Source of the DNA: Carpediemonas membranifera BICM
Taxonomy: Eukaryota; Protista; Fornicata
Length of the DNA: 64,000 nt
NCBI GenBank assembly: GCA_019828565.1
Contig: JAHDYR010000038.1
Span: 760,735 to 824,734, forward strand
Direction of reading: 5' to 3'
Shown here: positions 1 through 9,304 of the stretch, one piece after another
How positions within the stretch are numbered: position 1 is the stretch's first letter
Layout: the number at the start of each line of letters is the position of its first letter
Notes under the pieces: model-generated
Database searches by the model: none
Seen by the model: only the letters and a program-made list of their open reading frames with translations
Told to the model about the DNA's origin: nothing
Made by a program: the position numbers and the translations under genes

Positions 1-89
1 GTTTGCTGTTTTTGAAACGAATGTTTCCGTTCGTACAATCAGTTGATTAGATTGATTTGATTGAATCATTTTTCTCAGATTTACTGAAT

Positions 90-656
90 CTAGTTCAGGA
101 TTGAGGCGGCGGCGGAGGCGTTGAAGGACTTGTAGTAGACCGCCATCTCGGCCTCGCGTTGATTCATACCACAGCGCTCGTAGAAGCCGACGTTCTTGTC
201 GCTGCAGGCGAGGATGGTTTTGTAGCAGCCCATCTCACGGCCGATTTCGATGAGGGTCTTAACGATGACCTTACCCAGACCACGACCGCGGAAGGCGGTG
301 TCGACGACGATGTCCTCGATGTGGCCGACGAGGGAGCCGCCACGGATAAGCTTGGGTTCCGCGAAGATGGTGCCAGAAGCGACGACCTTGCCGGTGATGG
401 TGGACTCGACCACGAGGACGGCGTGAAGGGGGTTCGTCTCGGACCAGTGAAGGAAGTGGTAGTATCGCTCGAACGTCATCTCGGGGGCATCAGTGAGCTG
501 GGCAAGGAGCTGCGTGTGGTCCTTGTAGAAGTCCTGCTGGGAGGCCATGCGGATTATCAGATCCGTGCCCAGATTCTGCGTGAAATCGTACGTGAAATGA
601 GCGCTTTCGAACTGGCGCGTCGTTTCGCTAATGAAATGGGAGTTTTCGGTTTGCAT
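90..656 (-). CDS. GNA1: Glucosamine-6-phosphate N-acetyltransferase (GNAT family)
   Basis: Motifs EPKLIRGGSLVGHIEDIVV, FRGRGLGK and GCYKTILACSDKNVGFYERCG are typical of GNA1/GNPNAT1. Confidence 0.9.
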   Translation of the reverse strand: MQTENSHFISETTRQFESAHFTYDFTQNLGTDLIIRMASQQDFYKDHTQLLAQLTDAPEMTFERYYHFLHWSETNPLHAVLVVESTITGKVVASGTIFAEPKLIRGGSLVGHIEDIVVDTAFRGRGLGKVIVKTLIEIGREMGCYKTILACSDKNVGFYERCGMNQREAEMAVYYKSFNASAAASILN

Positions 657-898
657 TGCTATTCTTTGCTATTGTTGCTGAGTTGTGAGTGGCGTTACGA
701 TGTCACTGCTTGAGAGTACGTAGTGAAGATGTCACAAGGGGCATTTGCCGTAAAATGCACCGCGAATTCCGGGCCATGCGGCTGCCCCACGCCATGGTAG
801 GGCTGGCTGGCCTTCCTTCAGATCCAGCAGACATACAGCTATCCGAAATTATTTTTACAATCTGCGAGATATCGGGCGAATCAGCGATATACAGTAAA

Positions 899-2275
899 TC
901 ACTGCCGCGGGCTATACGTAGTGTGGAGCAGCTCGTGGGCCTCGTGACTGCCGGGGGCGCCACCAAGCATGGACGCGTACAGCCGCTGGAGAGTGTCGTT
1001 CTCCTGGGACTTGCGGTGGCCCTTGGACCTGTCGATGCTGTAGAGGCCCTCGGCCCGCTTCGGAACGTTCTTCTTGAAGGCCTTGCCCTTGGGCATCCCG
1101 CCGCCGCCGACACAGCCGCCGGGGCAGGCCATGACTTCAACAAAGTCGAACTTATCGCCAGCCTTGATGCGCTTGATGAGCTTGGCGATGTTGTCGCCGC
1201 CGCTGACGACCGCGACCTTCAGCTCCTTGCCGTCGAGCGCCACCGTCGCCTCCTTGATGCCGGCCTTTCCAGGGCGGACGGCTCCGTCAAACTCTACGTT
1301 GGGGGCGGGCTTGCCAGTGGCAGCCTCGTGAGCGAAACGGAGAGCAGCCTCCATCACGCCACCGGACGCGCCGAAGATGTCACCGCCGCCGGTCGACTCG
1401 CCGAAGAACTCGTCAAAGTCTGCTGCCGGGAGGGCCTTGAGGTCGACCTTCTCGGCAGTGAGCATGCGGCCGAACTCGCGAACGGTGCAGACCTCATCGA
1501 TGTCGCCAGAGAGCTGCTCGCGCTTGATCTCGTCCTTCTTGGCGGTGCAAGGCATGAATGAGACAAGGTAAATGTCCTCGGGCTTGACACCGAGCACCTG
1601 GCTGAACTTGTGGCGAATAACAGCGCCAGCCATGCCTTGGGGCGAGCGACAGGAGGAGAGGTTGGGGATGAGCTCCGGGTAGACCTTCTCGACCATGTTG
1701 ACCCAGCCGGGGCAGCAGCTAGTAAACATCGTGCCCTGGCCCAGCCGGGAGAGCAGCTCGGTGCCCTCCTCCATGATGGTCAGGTCGGCACCGGTGTTGG
1801 TGTCGAAGACATAGTCGAATCCGAAGGCCTTGAGGGCGGCTACCATCTGGCCGGTTGAGTCGGTGCCCGCGGGGAGGTCGGCCTCCTCGGAGATGCCGAC
1901 GCGGACGGATGGGGCGGTGATGGCGACACAGATCTTGCCGTTCTTGTTCTTGTTCTTGAGGGTCTCGAGGACTGTCTTGGAGGCGTCCTTCTCGTAGAGG
2001 CAGTCGACTGGACAAACGACGGCGCACTGGCCGCAAGAGATGCAGTTAGTGTCCTTGAGAGGGGCGTTACCGACAGTGATCGGGGGTTCGGGATCGTCGG
2101 ATTCCTCGTATACGTTGAGAGACTGGCTCTCGCACGCATCCACGCAGCGATCGCAGAAGATGCACTTGGCGTAGTCCCTCATGATCGAATTCGAGGAGGC
2201 GTCCGTCATCATCGCGGACAGAGTCCGGGGGAATAGCGTAGAGGCTGAAAAGGACTGAGTGAGGGCTGAAAGCAT
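899..2275 (-). CDS. hydA: [FeFe]-hydrogenase (group A) with 2x[4Fe-4S] ferredoxin domain and probable MRO targeting peptide
   Basis: H-cluster motifs L1 TSCCPGW, L2 MPCTAKKDE, L3 EVMACPGGCVGGGG. Two CxxCxxCxxxC motifs. C-terminal AHELLHTTY. N-terminus MLSALTQSFSASTLFPRTLS is Ser/Thr-rich and has no acidic residues. Confidence 0.95.
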   Translation of the reverse strand: MLSALTQSFSASTLFPRTLSAMMTDASSNSIMRDYAKCIFCDRCVDACESQSLNVYEESDDPEPPITVGNAPLKDTNCISCGQCAVVCPVDCLYEKDASKTVLETLKNKNKNGKICVAITAPSVRVGISEEADLPAGTDSTGQMVAALKAFGFDYVFDTNTGADLTIMEEGTELLSRLGQGTMFTSCCPGWVNMVEKVYPELIPNLSSCRSPQGMAGAVIRHKFSQVLGVKPEDIYLVSFMPCTAKKDEIKREQLSGDIDEVCTVREFGRMLTAEKVDLKALPAADFDEFFGESTGGGDIFGASGGVMEAALRFAHEAATGKPAPNVEFDGAVRPGKAGIKEATVALDGKELKVAVVSGGDNIAKLIKRIKAGDKFDFVEVMACPGGCVGGGGMPKGKAFKKNVPKRAEGLYSIDRSKGHRKSQENDTLQRLYASMLGGAPGSHEAHELLHTTYSPRQ

Positions 2276-2498
2276 CGTGCTATTGGTTTTCCCTGTCGGT
2301 CAAAGTCATGCTCGAGTCGAGTGCCGCCGCGGACAACAAGTCTTCAGTAACAGGACAGACACATGCATGGCAGAGCTGCAGCATGAACATGGCTGCCCTT
2401 GGCGGGGGAGCCTTCAGCCGGGCGACAATCACAGAGACGAAAGTAAGAGGGCCATGCCGAGGGTTTGATGAGAAATCCTGATGTTTACTATGATACAC

Positions 2499-4322
2499 CT
2501 ACTTTCGGACGAGCCATGGCCGGTCAGCCTGGAACACGCCCTGGAATCCGTCAGCGCCGTATGCCAGCTGGAGCTTGCTCCTCAGCAATGCCCTGATCAG
2601 GTTCTCCATCTCCCGCGACCTCCGCAGCACATGGCGAACCTCCCTCGCCAGGGTCTTGTTCTGCCCCTGCAAGATATACATGTTGGCGAGCTCCTTTTCC
2701 AGTAAATGGATTCGGCTGATTAACGCAGCCTCGCGCTCCTTGGAGCCACCGCTAAGCTTCAGCGTCTCCAGCAGCTCGGCGGGCGGGACGACGGCGTAGT
2801 CCTCATCATCTGATTGGCCCACCTCTCCAGGGGCCACGACCTCGCCCGCCTGGGAGACGCTGGCCCTGTCCGTCTCCATGTACCCGATCACTGCCGCCGA
2901 GGACCTATCCGCCCTGGGCTTGGCCGGGGCTGCTGGGGGTGGTCTCCTGGCTTTGGTCGGGGCGGTCTTGCCAGCTGCGGGCTTGGACGCCTGTGAGGCA
3001 GGCTTTGGAGACTGGGCGACCTGCCCCTCCTTCGGCCCTTCCCTCGGCGTGGCTCCTATGCTCGCTGTCCCCTGAGTCCCGCCGACCGCGAGCTGGACCA
3101 TCGCGGCGGGGGGCGGCGTCTGCGTCCGACAGTCCCTCCCACTACGGCCACTGGTGCTGGAGCCAGCACTGCCACTGCCGTCAGCCTTGTCCCTGTCCCG
3201 CCTGTGTCGCCGCCTCGAGCCGTCTCTCGGGGACTTGATCGCCTTCTTGCTCAGCTTGGTACGTAACCGACACTCGCGGCCCGGCCTGCCCGAGTCTCGC
3301 TCGGACTCACTGGACGAGCTCACGGCCCCCTCCATGTGGGCCCGGTGCTTCTTCCTCCTCCTTGCCCCCTTCGTCGACTCGCCAGAGTCATAACTCGAGT
3401 CAGAGTCAGAGTCGCCGGGCTCGGTCTTGGCCCCTCTCCGACGCGCAGGGCGGTCCCCGCCAACTTCCCCGCTCTCCTCGGCTTCCTTGAGCTGCTGGAC
3501 CCGTCTGGCCCGGCGTGCGTCCCACGTCGCCTCGTCGTCATCACTCAGCTCCAGACGCCCCCGCTCACCGTAGTCGGGCACCTCAGGCACCACCTCCTGG
3601 CCGAGCCTCGTGCCGTGGCCGGGAGCGTAGTCGGACCCCTGGGCGTCTCGGGCAAGCTGGCTGTTGCGGCGTCTGCCGCCAAGGGTGGAGCCGGTCCTCT
3701 GGCGGCTGTTGGCGCCCAATATGCTGGTAGATGACGTGTTCGACCGTAGCAGACGGGGGGAATTGATGCTTTCATGATGAGAACCGCGCGACATGGACGC
3801 ACGCGATGACCCTGGCCGGCTCGGCCTCGGGATGACCGACATGTGCACTGGGACGCCCTTCGCCAGGTCCAGGGTGGCGAGCTCCTCATTGGTCGACCTA
3901 AGGTTGTCCCGTATGTCGTGTGCGAGATCCGTGGTGTCGTGGCCCTCGTGGAACAGCCGGCACAGCGTCTTGAACAGGGCCTCCAGCTCACCCTTGCACT
4001 CGAGGTACGTGTTGAAGACGTCCTCGCTCAGGTCAGCGTACTGCTCGATGCTGTCTGGCGGGGGTTCATCCGGCATGAAGGCAAAGGGGTCTGGCATCGT
4101 GTCGATGGAGTTCTGCTGCATGTGCACTCGATCCAGGGTCTTCAGCAGGCGTTCCACCTCTTCGCGGTTGGAGGGAGGTAGTTCGCCCTGTGCATCATCG
4201 TCGAGGTTCGTTAGCTTCTCGTCGATGTCCTGGAGGGCCGATGCGAGGGCTATTCGGTCTTTCTCGGAGAATCCTTTTTCATTCTTCCCGCGCTGGCTGT
4301 AATAGTCAAAATATCGGGGCAT
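2499..4322 (-). CDS. Hypothetical protein, low-complexity centre, helical/coiled-coil ends
   Basis: 607-aa ATG-initiated ORF with coding-like GC3 bias; no recognisable motif. Confidence 0.65.
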   Translation of the reverse strand: MPRYFDYYSQRGKNEKGFSEKDRIALASALQDIDEKLTNLDDDAQGELPPSNREEVERLLKTLDRVHMQQNSIDTMPDPFAFMPDEPPPDSIEQYADLSEDVFNTYLECKGELEALFKTLCRLFHEGHDTTDLAHDIRDNLRSTNEELATLDLAKGVPVHMSVIPRPSRPGSSRASMSRGSHHESINSPRLLRSNTSSTSILGANSRQRTGSTLGGRRRNSQLARDAQGSDYAPGHGTRLGQEVVPEVPDYGERGRLELSDDDEATWDARRARRVQQLKEAEESGEVGGDRPARRRGAKTEPGDSDSDSSYDSGESTKGARRRKKHRAHMEGAVSSSSESERDSGRPGRECRLRTKLSKKAIKSPRDGSRRRHRRDRDKADGSGSAGSSTSGRSGRDCRTQTPPPAAMVQLAVGGTQGTASIGATPREGPKEGQVAQSPKPASQASKPAAGKTAPTKARRPPPAAPAKPRADRSSAAVIGYMETDRASVSQAGEVVAPGEVGQSDDEDYAVVPPAELLETLKLSGGSKEREAALISRIHLLEKELANMYILQGQNKTLAREVRHVLRRSREMENLIRALLRSKLQLAYGADGFQGVFQADRPWLVRK

Positions 4323-4680
4323 ATGTGTGTGATGGTCTCTCTAGTGGCGGTGCTAGATGCCCAGAGCCGTGGAAACCTGTCGCTTCGTAGAACCACGCAG
4401 GATAACCTTAATGGGTGTGGAGGGCCGGCATGTCGTCTGGCGTGCTGTTACAGTGTCCCTGCGTGTCTATCAGTGCCCATTTCTATTCTTCAATCCCGAT
4501 TGCTAATCAGGTTCGACAACTCCACACCGAGTCGACTCGACCCAACCAACCTTGACCCAGCGCCACACAGCACCTCCCCTGCCACACCACATCACCCCGC
4601 ATCCACCGGACCTGGGATCGATTTGATCCAGGGCAGATGGTGTCACGGATCAATCATTGGACAACAAACATCAAGGACAC

Positions 4681-4992
4681 ATGGAAAAGCAACTCAAAAT
4701 CAAGCTAGGCGTCGTCAAGCGCACTACTAAGGATGTCTACTCGTATCATAAGGAGGTTGAGGAGGAAACGGCGAAGCTTCCGTCGTTCACAGATGAGTTT
4801 AAGATCAAGCAGCAGAAGGAGTCCATCGCAGAGTCCAAGCTGATGGTAAGAGACTCGAAGAAGCGTCTCGGTACCGCTCTCGCTGAATTGAAGGCGATGG
4901 TGTCTGACAACATCGCCGTCGAGACCTCCGAGGATGGTGCCGAGGTCAAGAAGGCCATCAAAGAGGCCGAGGAGGCGATCGCCATGGAGTAG
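4681..4992 (+). CDS. TBCA: Tubulin-specific chaperone A
   Basis: KQLKIKLGVVKRTTKD..SY.KE and IKQQKESIAESKLMV.D..KRL match TBCA; ATG at 4681. Confidence 0.9.
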   Translation: MEKQLKIKLGVVKRTTKDVYSYHKEVEEETAKLPSFTDEFKIKQQKESIAESKLMVRDSKKRLGTALAELKAMVSDNIAVETSEDGAEVKKAIKEAEEAIAME

Positions 4993-5283
4993 GGGCGCTG
5001 CGGTGTATAAACTGGAATCCATAATAGTTGGTTGGCTCGGCAGTCGGGGTGTCGTCGGGCAGAGGCACGTCTGTCACGACCACCAGCGCGATTGGAAGTC
5101 GGTACCGTGTTAGCATGGTCATAAATGCGGCCATGGGAGCTCAGCTTGGCCCATCGTGACCAAATGATCCGATCATTTGTCCGAACAACGGAACCTCTTC
5201 ATCAACGAATCAACAGACATAGCAATGGAATACGGTATGTTATTAGAGATTCCTATTCCGATTACACAGGCAGACAAGTGAAT

Positions 5284-6333
5284 ATGACGTCAGATGGGAA
5301 GGTACACCGCCAGTTTCCCATCATCGAGGAGCTAGCAGAGGAAGACGATGTGGAGGTCGTCTACCCGGACCCCATATGGTCCTACGACCTCAATCTGAAC
5401 CAGCTAGCGATCATCCCGGCCTCCACGAACACGGCGCTCGTCCAGGAGTATCACGAGCACCATCCCCCGCAGCGCCCGACGGGCCCGCAGGACTCCATGA
5501 TAGCTAAGATCTCGAAGGCACAGGCAGAGGGCTTTGTCCGCTTCGGTGTCGTCATCAGCAAGATGTTCACGGACGCGGGGAAGATCCTGCAGGAGTCCGT
5601 CCAGCAGCAGCAGCAGATCCTTGTCGAGAGCGGGATAAAGCTGCCTATCAAGGTACCCGAGAAGCTCAAGAGACAGCTGATGAGGCCCCAGTCGAAGCTC
5701 ATTGTCCAGTCCCGACGGGGCGGGGAGCTCATCGACATTGTCGGTGAGGTGTGCGCACTCATCGGAACCGAGCTGATCAGGCGACAGAGCAAGCCCGTCC
5801 AGATGATCCACAAGGTCCCCGTCGCCTCGCAGGCGTACGACCTGGGCATGACGTACCTCCGCGGGTTCGCCTCGTTCTACGGCATGCTCTACCACGTGGG
5901 GATGTCGGCCGTCGACGCCACAGAGGCGACGCTGGTGGAGACCATCAAGGCGTGTGTTGCTAGCACGTCGCACCTCTTCGGGGATGACATTGGCGACATC
6001 GCGGAGGAGACTGCTGTGCTCCTTGCCGAGACATACATGGCAGCATCGTCGGTCAAGTCGATCGTCGAGGTCAGGCGGATAATGGAGAAGCTCGCGGACG
6101 AGACGATCGTGAACACAGCGTCGAACGTGGGGGAGAAGGCCATCAACGAGGCCATTTCTGACACTATCAACAACTTCATCGGACAAGGTGGGTTGGGGGC
6201 CGGGAAGCAGGTCAACTCGGTCATCAGGAACATCGCGGCGATGCTCGGGGGGACGTCCATGGAGACGGGTGATCCGATCCCTGGGGCCGAAACGGAGGAG
6301 CTGCTCAACGTGACATTCGATGACGTTGAGTGA
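5284..6333 (+). CDS. Probable senescence/spartin-associated domain protein
   Basis: GFASFYGM...VETIKACVASTSHLFGDDIGDIAEE resembles the spartin C-terminal senescence domain (HKYGxxAG region). Start uncertain (5125 or 5284). Confidence 0.45.
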   Translation: MTSDGKVHRQFPIIEELAEEDDVEVVYPDPIWSYDLNLNQLAIIPASTNTALVQEYHEHHPPQRPTGPQDSMIAKISKAQAEGFVRFGVVISKMFTDAGKILQESVQQQQQILVESGIKLPIKVPEKLKRQLMRPQSKLIVQSRRGGELIDIVGEVCALIGTELIRRQSKPVQMIHKVPVASQAYDLGMTYLRGFASFYGMLYHVGMSAVDATEATLVETIKACVASTSHLFGDDIGDIAEETAVLLAETYMAASSVKSIVEVRRIMEKLADETIVNTASNVGEKAINEAISDTINNFIGQGGLGAGKQVNSVIRNIAAMLGGTSMETGDPIPGAETEELLNVTFDDVE

Positions 6334-6904
6334 GAAATGTGGGTAAACTGCGGTTAGTGATGATGTGTCGTGGCAGGCTGGGTCATGGTGACTCGGAGTG
6401 TCACTAAGAATTTTTGACTCAGCATACGGGTCGACTGGAACGAGCTTCAGCGACCAACTGGGCGCCTTGCACTCGACTAGCTTAGCCTCACCCACCACTT
6501 TGAACCACTGGCCGGCAGAGTCGCGGAATGAGTAATAACTGCCATTGTCCATTGCTCTATTAAACTCGACGTGTGGCACGTGTTGTGACGAACCAAATGG
6601 AGAGGAAGCAGCTCTGATTATGAATGAATCAAATTGTGCAGGCTAAGGCCACTGGGCGTCACAGTGTAGTCCTTGCCGAACTCAGGCAGCAGGCCCGACT
6701 GGGCGATATGATGGGGAACTCGGCCAGCGAAGAGTAGTTGATGGCCACTGAGGAATGCGTTGAAGCAACTGTATCGCATGATCCGGTCGACCCTGAAGGG
6801 CAGCGCCACGCTCCTCTTTGAGGCGAAGGCCGTCGCGGTGTCATTGAAGGAGTTGAAGTTGTTCGTGGATACGGGATCTGGGTGGGTCCTGTTGTCGTCT
6901 CGCA

Positions 6905-9272
6905 CCCGCGTGCCTCTCGCGGTCGAGTCGTATCCACGGCACTGCGAGTATCATCCGCTGGTCGAGGTTGACAGGCGAGGGTATCGACCGAACGCCCTGG
7001 GGCACCGGGAATCCGCAGATAAACGATGAGTGCGGTGCTTGGCCTTCTTGAACCAGGCGTGCACGCTGGGTCCAGGAACCTCGCGAGGGTGGTGCGGTCG
7101 ACCCGGCTGCGGTTTGACGGGGAAGGAGGGCAGGGAGAGTAAACGGAGACGGCGACATGGAGCACGAGCTGGCAGGGTCAAGCTGCTCCGAGCATCCATC
7201 GCACTGCTACAACAGACCTTTACTCATTCCACGTATGGCCGCACCTGCACCTCATGTGTTGGCACCCGCCGTCCTTGTAGTAGCGCACGCCGCACCCGGG
7301 GCAGCGGCGATAGCCCAGTCGGTTCGCCAGCATCTCGTCGTAGTGCTCGCAGCTGCCGTCGTGGATGACGGGGTCGTCGTGGCCGAGGCAGACTGTGTTC
7401 CCGCACCCGCGGCACGCAAGCTGCCTCCGGTTCGCGCTGACCGTGGCCGAGCGATGGCAGTGGGGGCACGCGAACGTGCGCAGCCTGGCGACGCCCTCGG
7501 GCAGGTCGACTGTCTGGCGCGGCGCCATCTCGCACTCGCCGCCGTAGTGGGCCATGTGCTCTTCCTGGCTGGCCACACAGAGCAGGCACTTGTGGCAGAA
7601 GTCCTGGCCGCACCGGCACGCCGAAATCTTGCAGCTGTCCAGGTCGCCCTCGCGCGTTGTCAGCTCGCCGCATGTGGGGCAGCGGCGGATGACGGGGACG
7701 TCCACGGCGGCGCCTCTGCCGAGCGTGACCAGACGGCACGTCTGGAGGATGTCGTTCTGCTCGACCAGGGCGTCGATCTCGGCCCGCGAGTAGGGCACGC
7801 GGCGCGGGATGACGTAGAAGTCGGCTGCCGCGACTGCTGTAGCAGGGGCCGAGTCGAGCACCGCCTGGCGCATCTGGCCGGCGTCATCCAGACGAGGGAG
7901 GCGGGCGCCCCCCGCGCAGTCGGAGTACACGCGGTGGTCGTCGTGGAGGGTCACGCCGACGGAGGCGGGCTGGGGGAGCTGGCCGCCGAACACGTGGAAG
8001 GCGAAGCGGCGGCGCGTCTCGTCGTCCTCGAGCACGGCGCGGAGGGCGTCCTGCACGCCCTGGCTGTCCGCGGGGAAGCGCAGCGGGGCGAGCACGGCGG
8101 CGACCGTGAGCGGGTTGGGGCGCACAAGCAGGGCCCGCAGCTGGGCGGCGGTCAGCGCGAGGACCTTGGCGCTGAAGCGCGTCTTCGCGGCCATGCCGTT
8201 GCGGACGATCTGCATGCGCTCGGCGAAGCGGCGTCTCACCTCGTCGCCGCGCGCCTTGAGGTCGCCCTCGAAGCCCTCGAGCGGGCACGCGGCCGCAGCC
8301 TCCGCAACAGACCGCTGCAGCGCCCGGGCGACGATGGGCATCAGCGCTCCCAGGTCGACGCGGCCGCCCGTGAGCGCGACGAGCCAGGCGTCGCTGACCA
8401 TGTCCGCGGGCAGGGTGATGCCGTCGAGCAGCATGAGCTGCAGCACGCGGCCGAGCCCCAGCAGGACCGGGCGCAGGTCGTCGAGCGGCATGCCGAGGGC
8501 GTCGGGCGAGAGGACCAGCGTGCCCTCGCGGAAGATGGGCACAGCGAACTCCATGCCCCCGACGGCCTGGCGGACGGCCACGCGCGGCAGCTCGACGACC
8601 AGGTCGGACAGGGCCTTCGCGGAGTCGTCGCCCGAGAGCGTCGCGGGGATGGCGAACAGGTCCTCCTCGCACGCGGCGATGGTGGCCAGGCTCGCCGAAA
8701 CGTCGTCAGCGAGGGCGATGTCGATCGGCTCCTCGCGGAACATCTGCAGGCGCGCGCGGTCGATGTCGTCGACGAAGGCGTGGGCGCTCGCGAACCTGCT
8801 GCTCGCCGCGTTGAGGTCGACCTCGGGATCCAGCTCGTTGGCCGAGGCGGCGAAGAGGCCGTCGGCCAGGGCGCGGCGGACGGACCAGCGGGCCTCGGGG
8901 TGGGTGGCGAGCATGCCGGAGAGCACCTCGCGCATGGCGTCGGGGACGGCGACGGTGGCGAGCAGGGCGGTGCAAAGCTGGTCGTCGTTGACAGTTGAGA
9001 ATTCTGTGAGTTCACCGATGAGGAGAGCGAGCAGCCTCTGGCAGAAGGCGGGGTAGTCCGGCGCCATGGCCCCGAGCATCGTCAGGCCCGCGTGGTAGAC
9101 GTCTGCGGCCTGCTGCTCGCGGTGGCTCAGCTTCTTCCCGGCCTTGCGGGCGGCGATCTCCTCGGGCGCGCTGAAGGCGAGCGTGCCGATGTTCACTCCG
9201 GTCGCGGTCGCGTTCACGGCGTCCATGTTCGAGGCCGTCTCGAAGTCGACGAGCACGGGGTGGCCCTCGCGC

Positions 9273-9304
<32 letters not shown>

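Noticed and set aside
7157-8998. Long antisense ORFs (613 aa here; also 36164..37798, 59565..61268, 38394..40169, 19392..20729 and others)
   Set aside because: Shadow frames caused by high GC3 of the genuine opposite-strand genes; no motifs.
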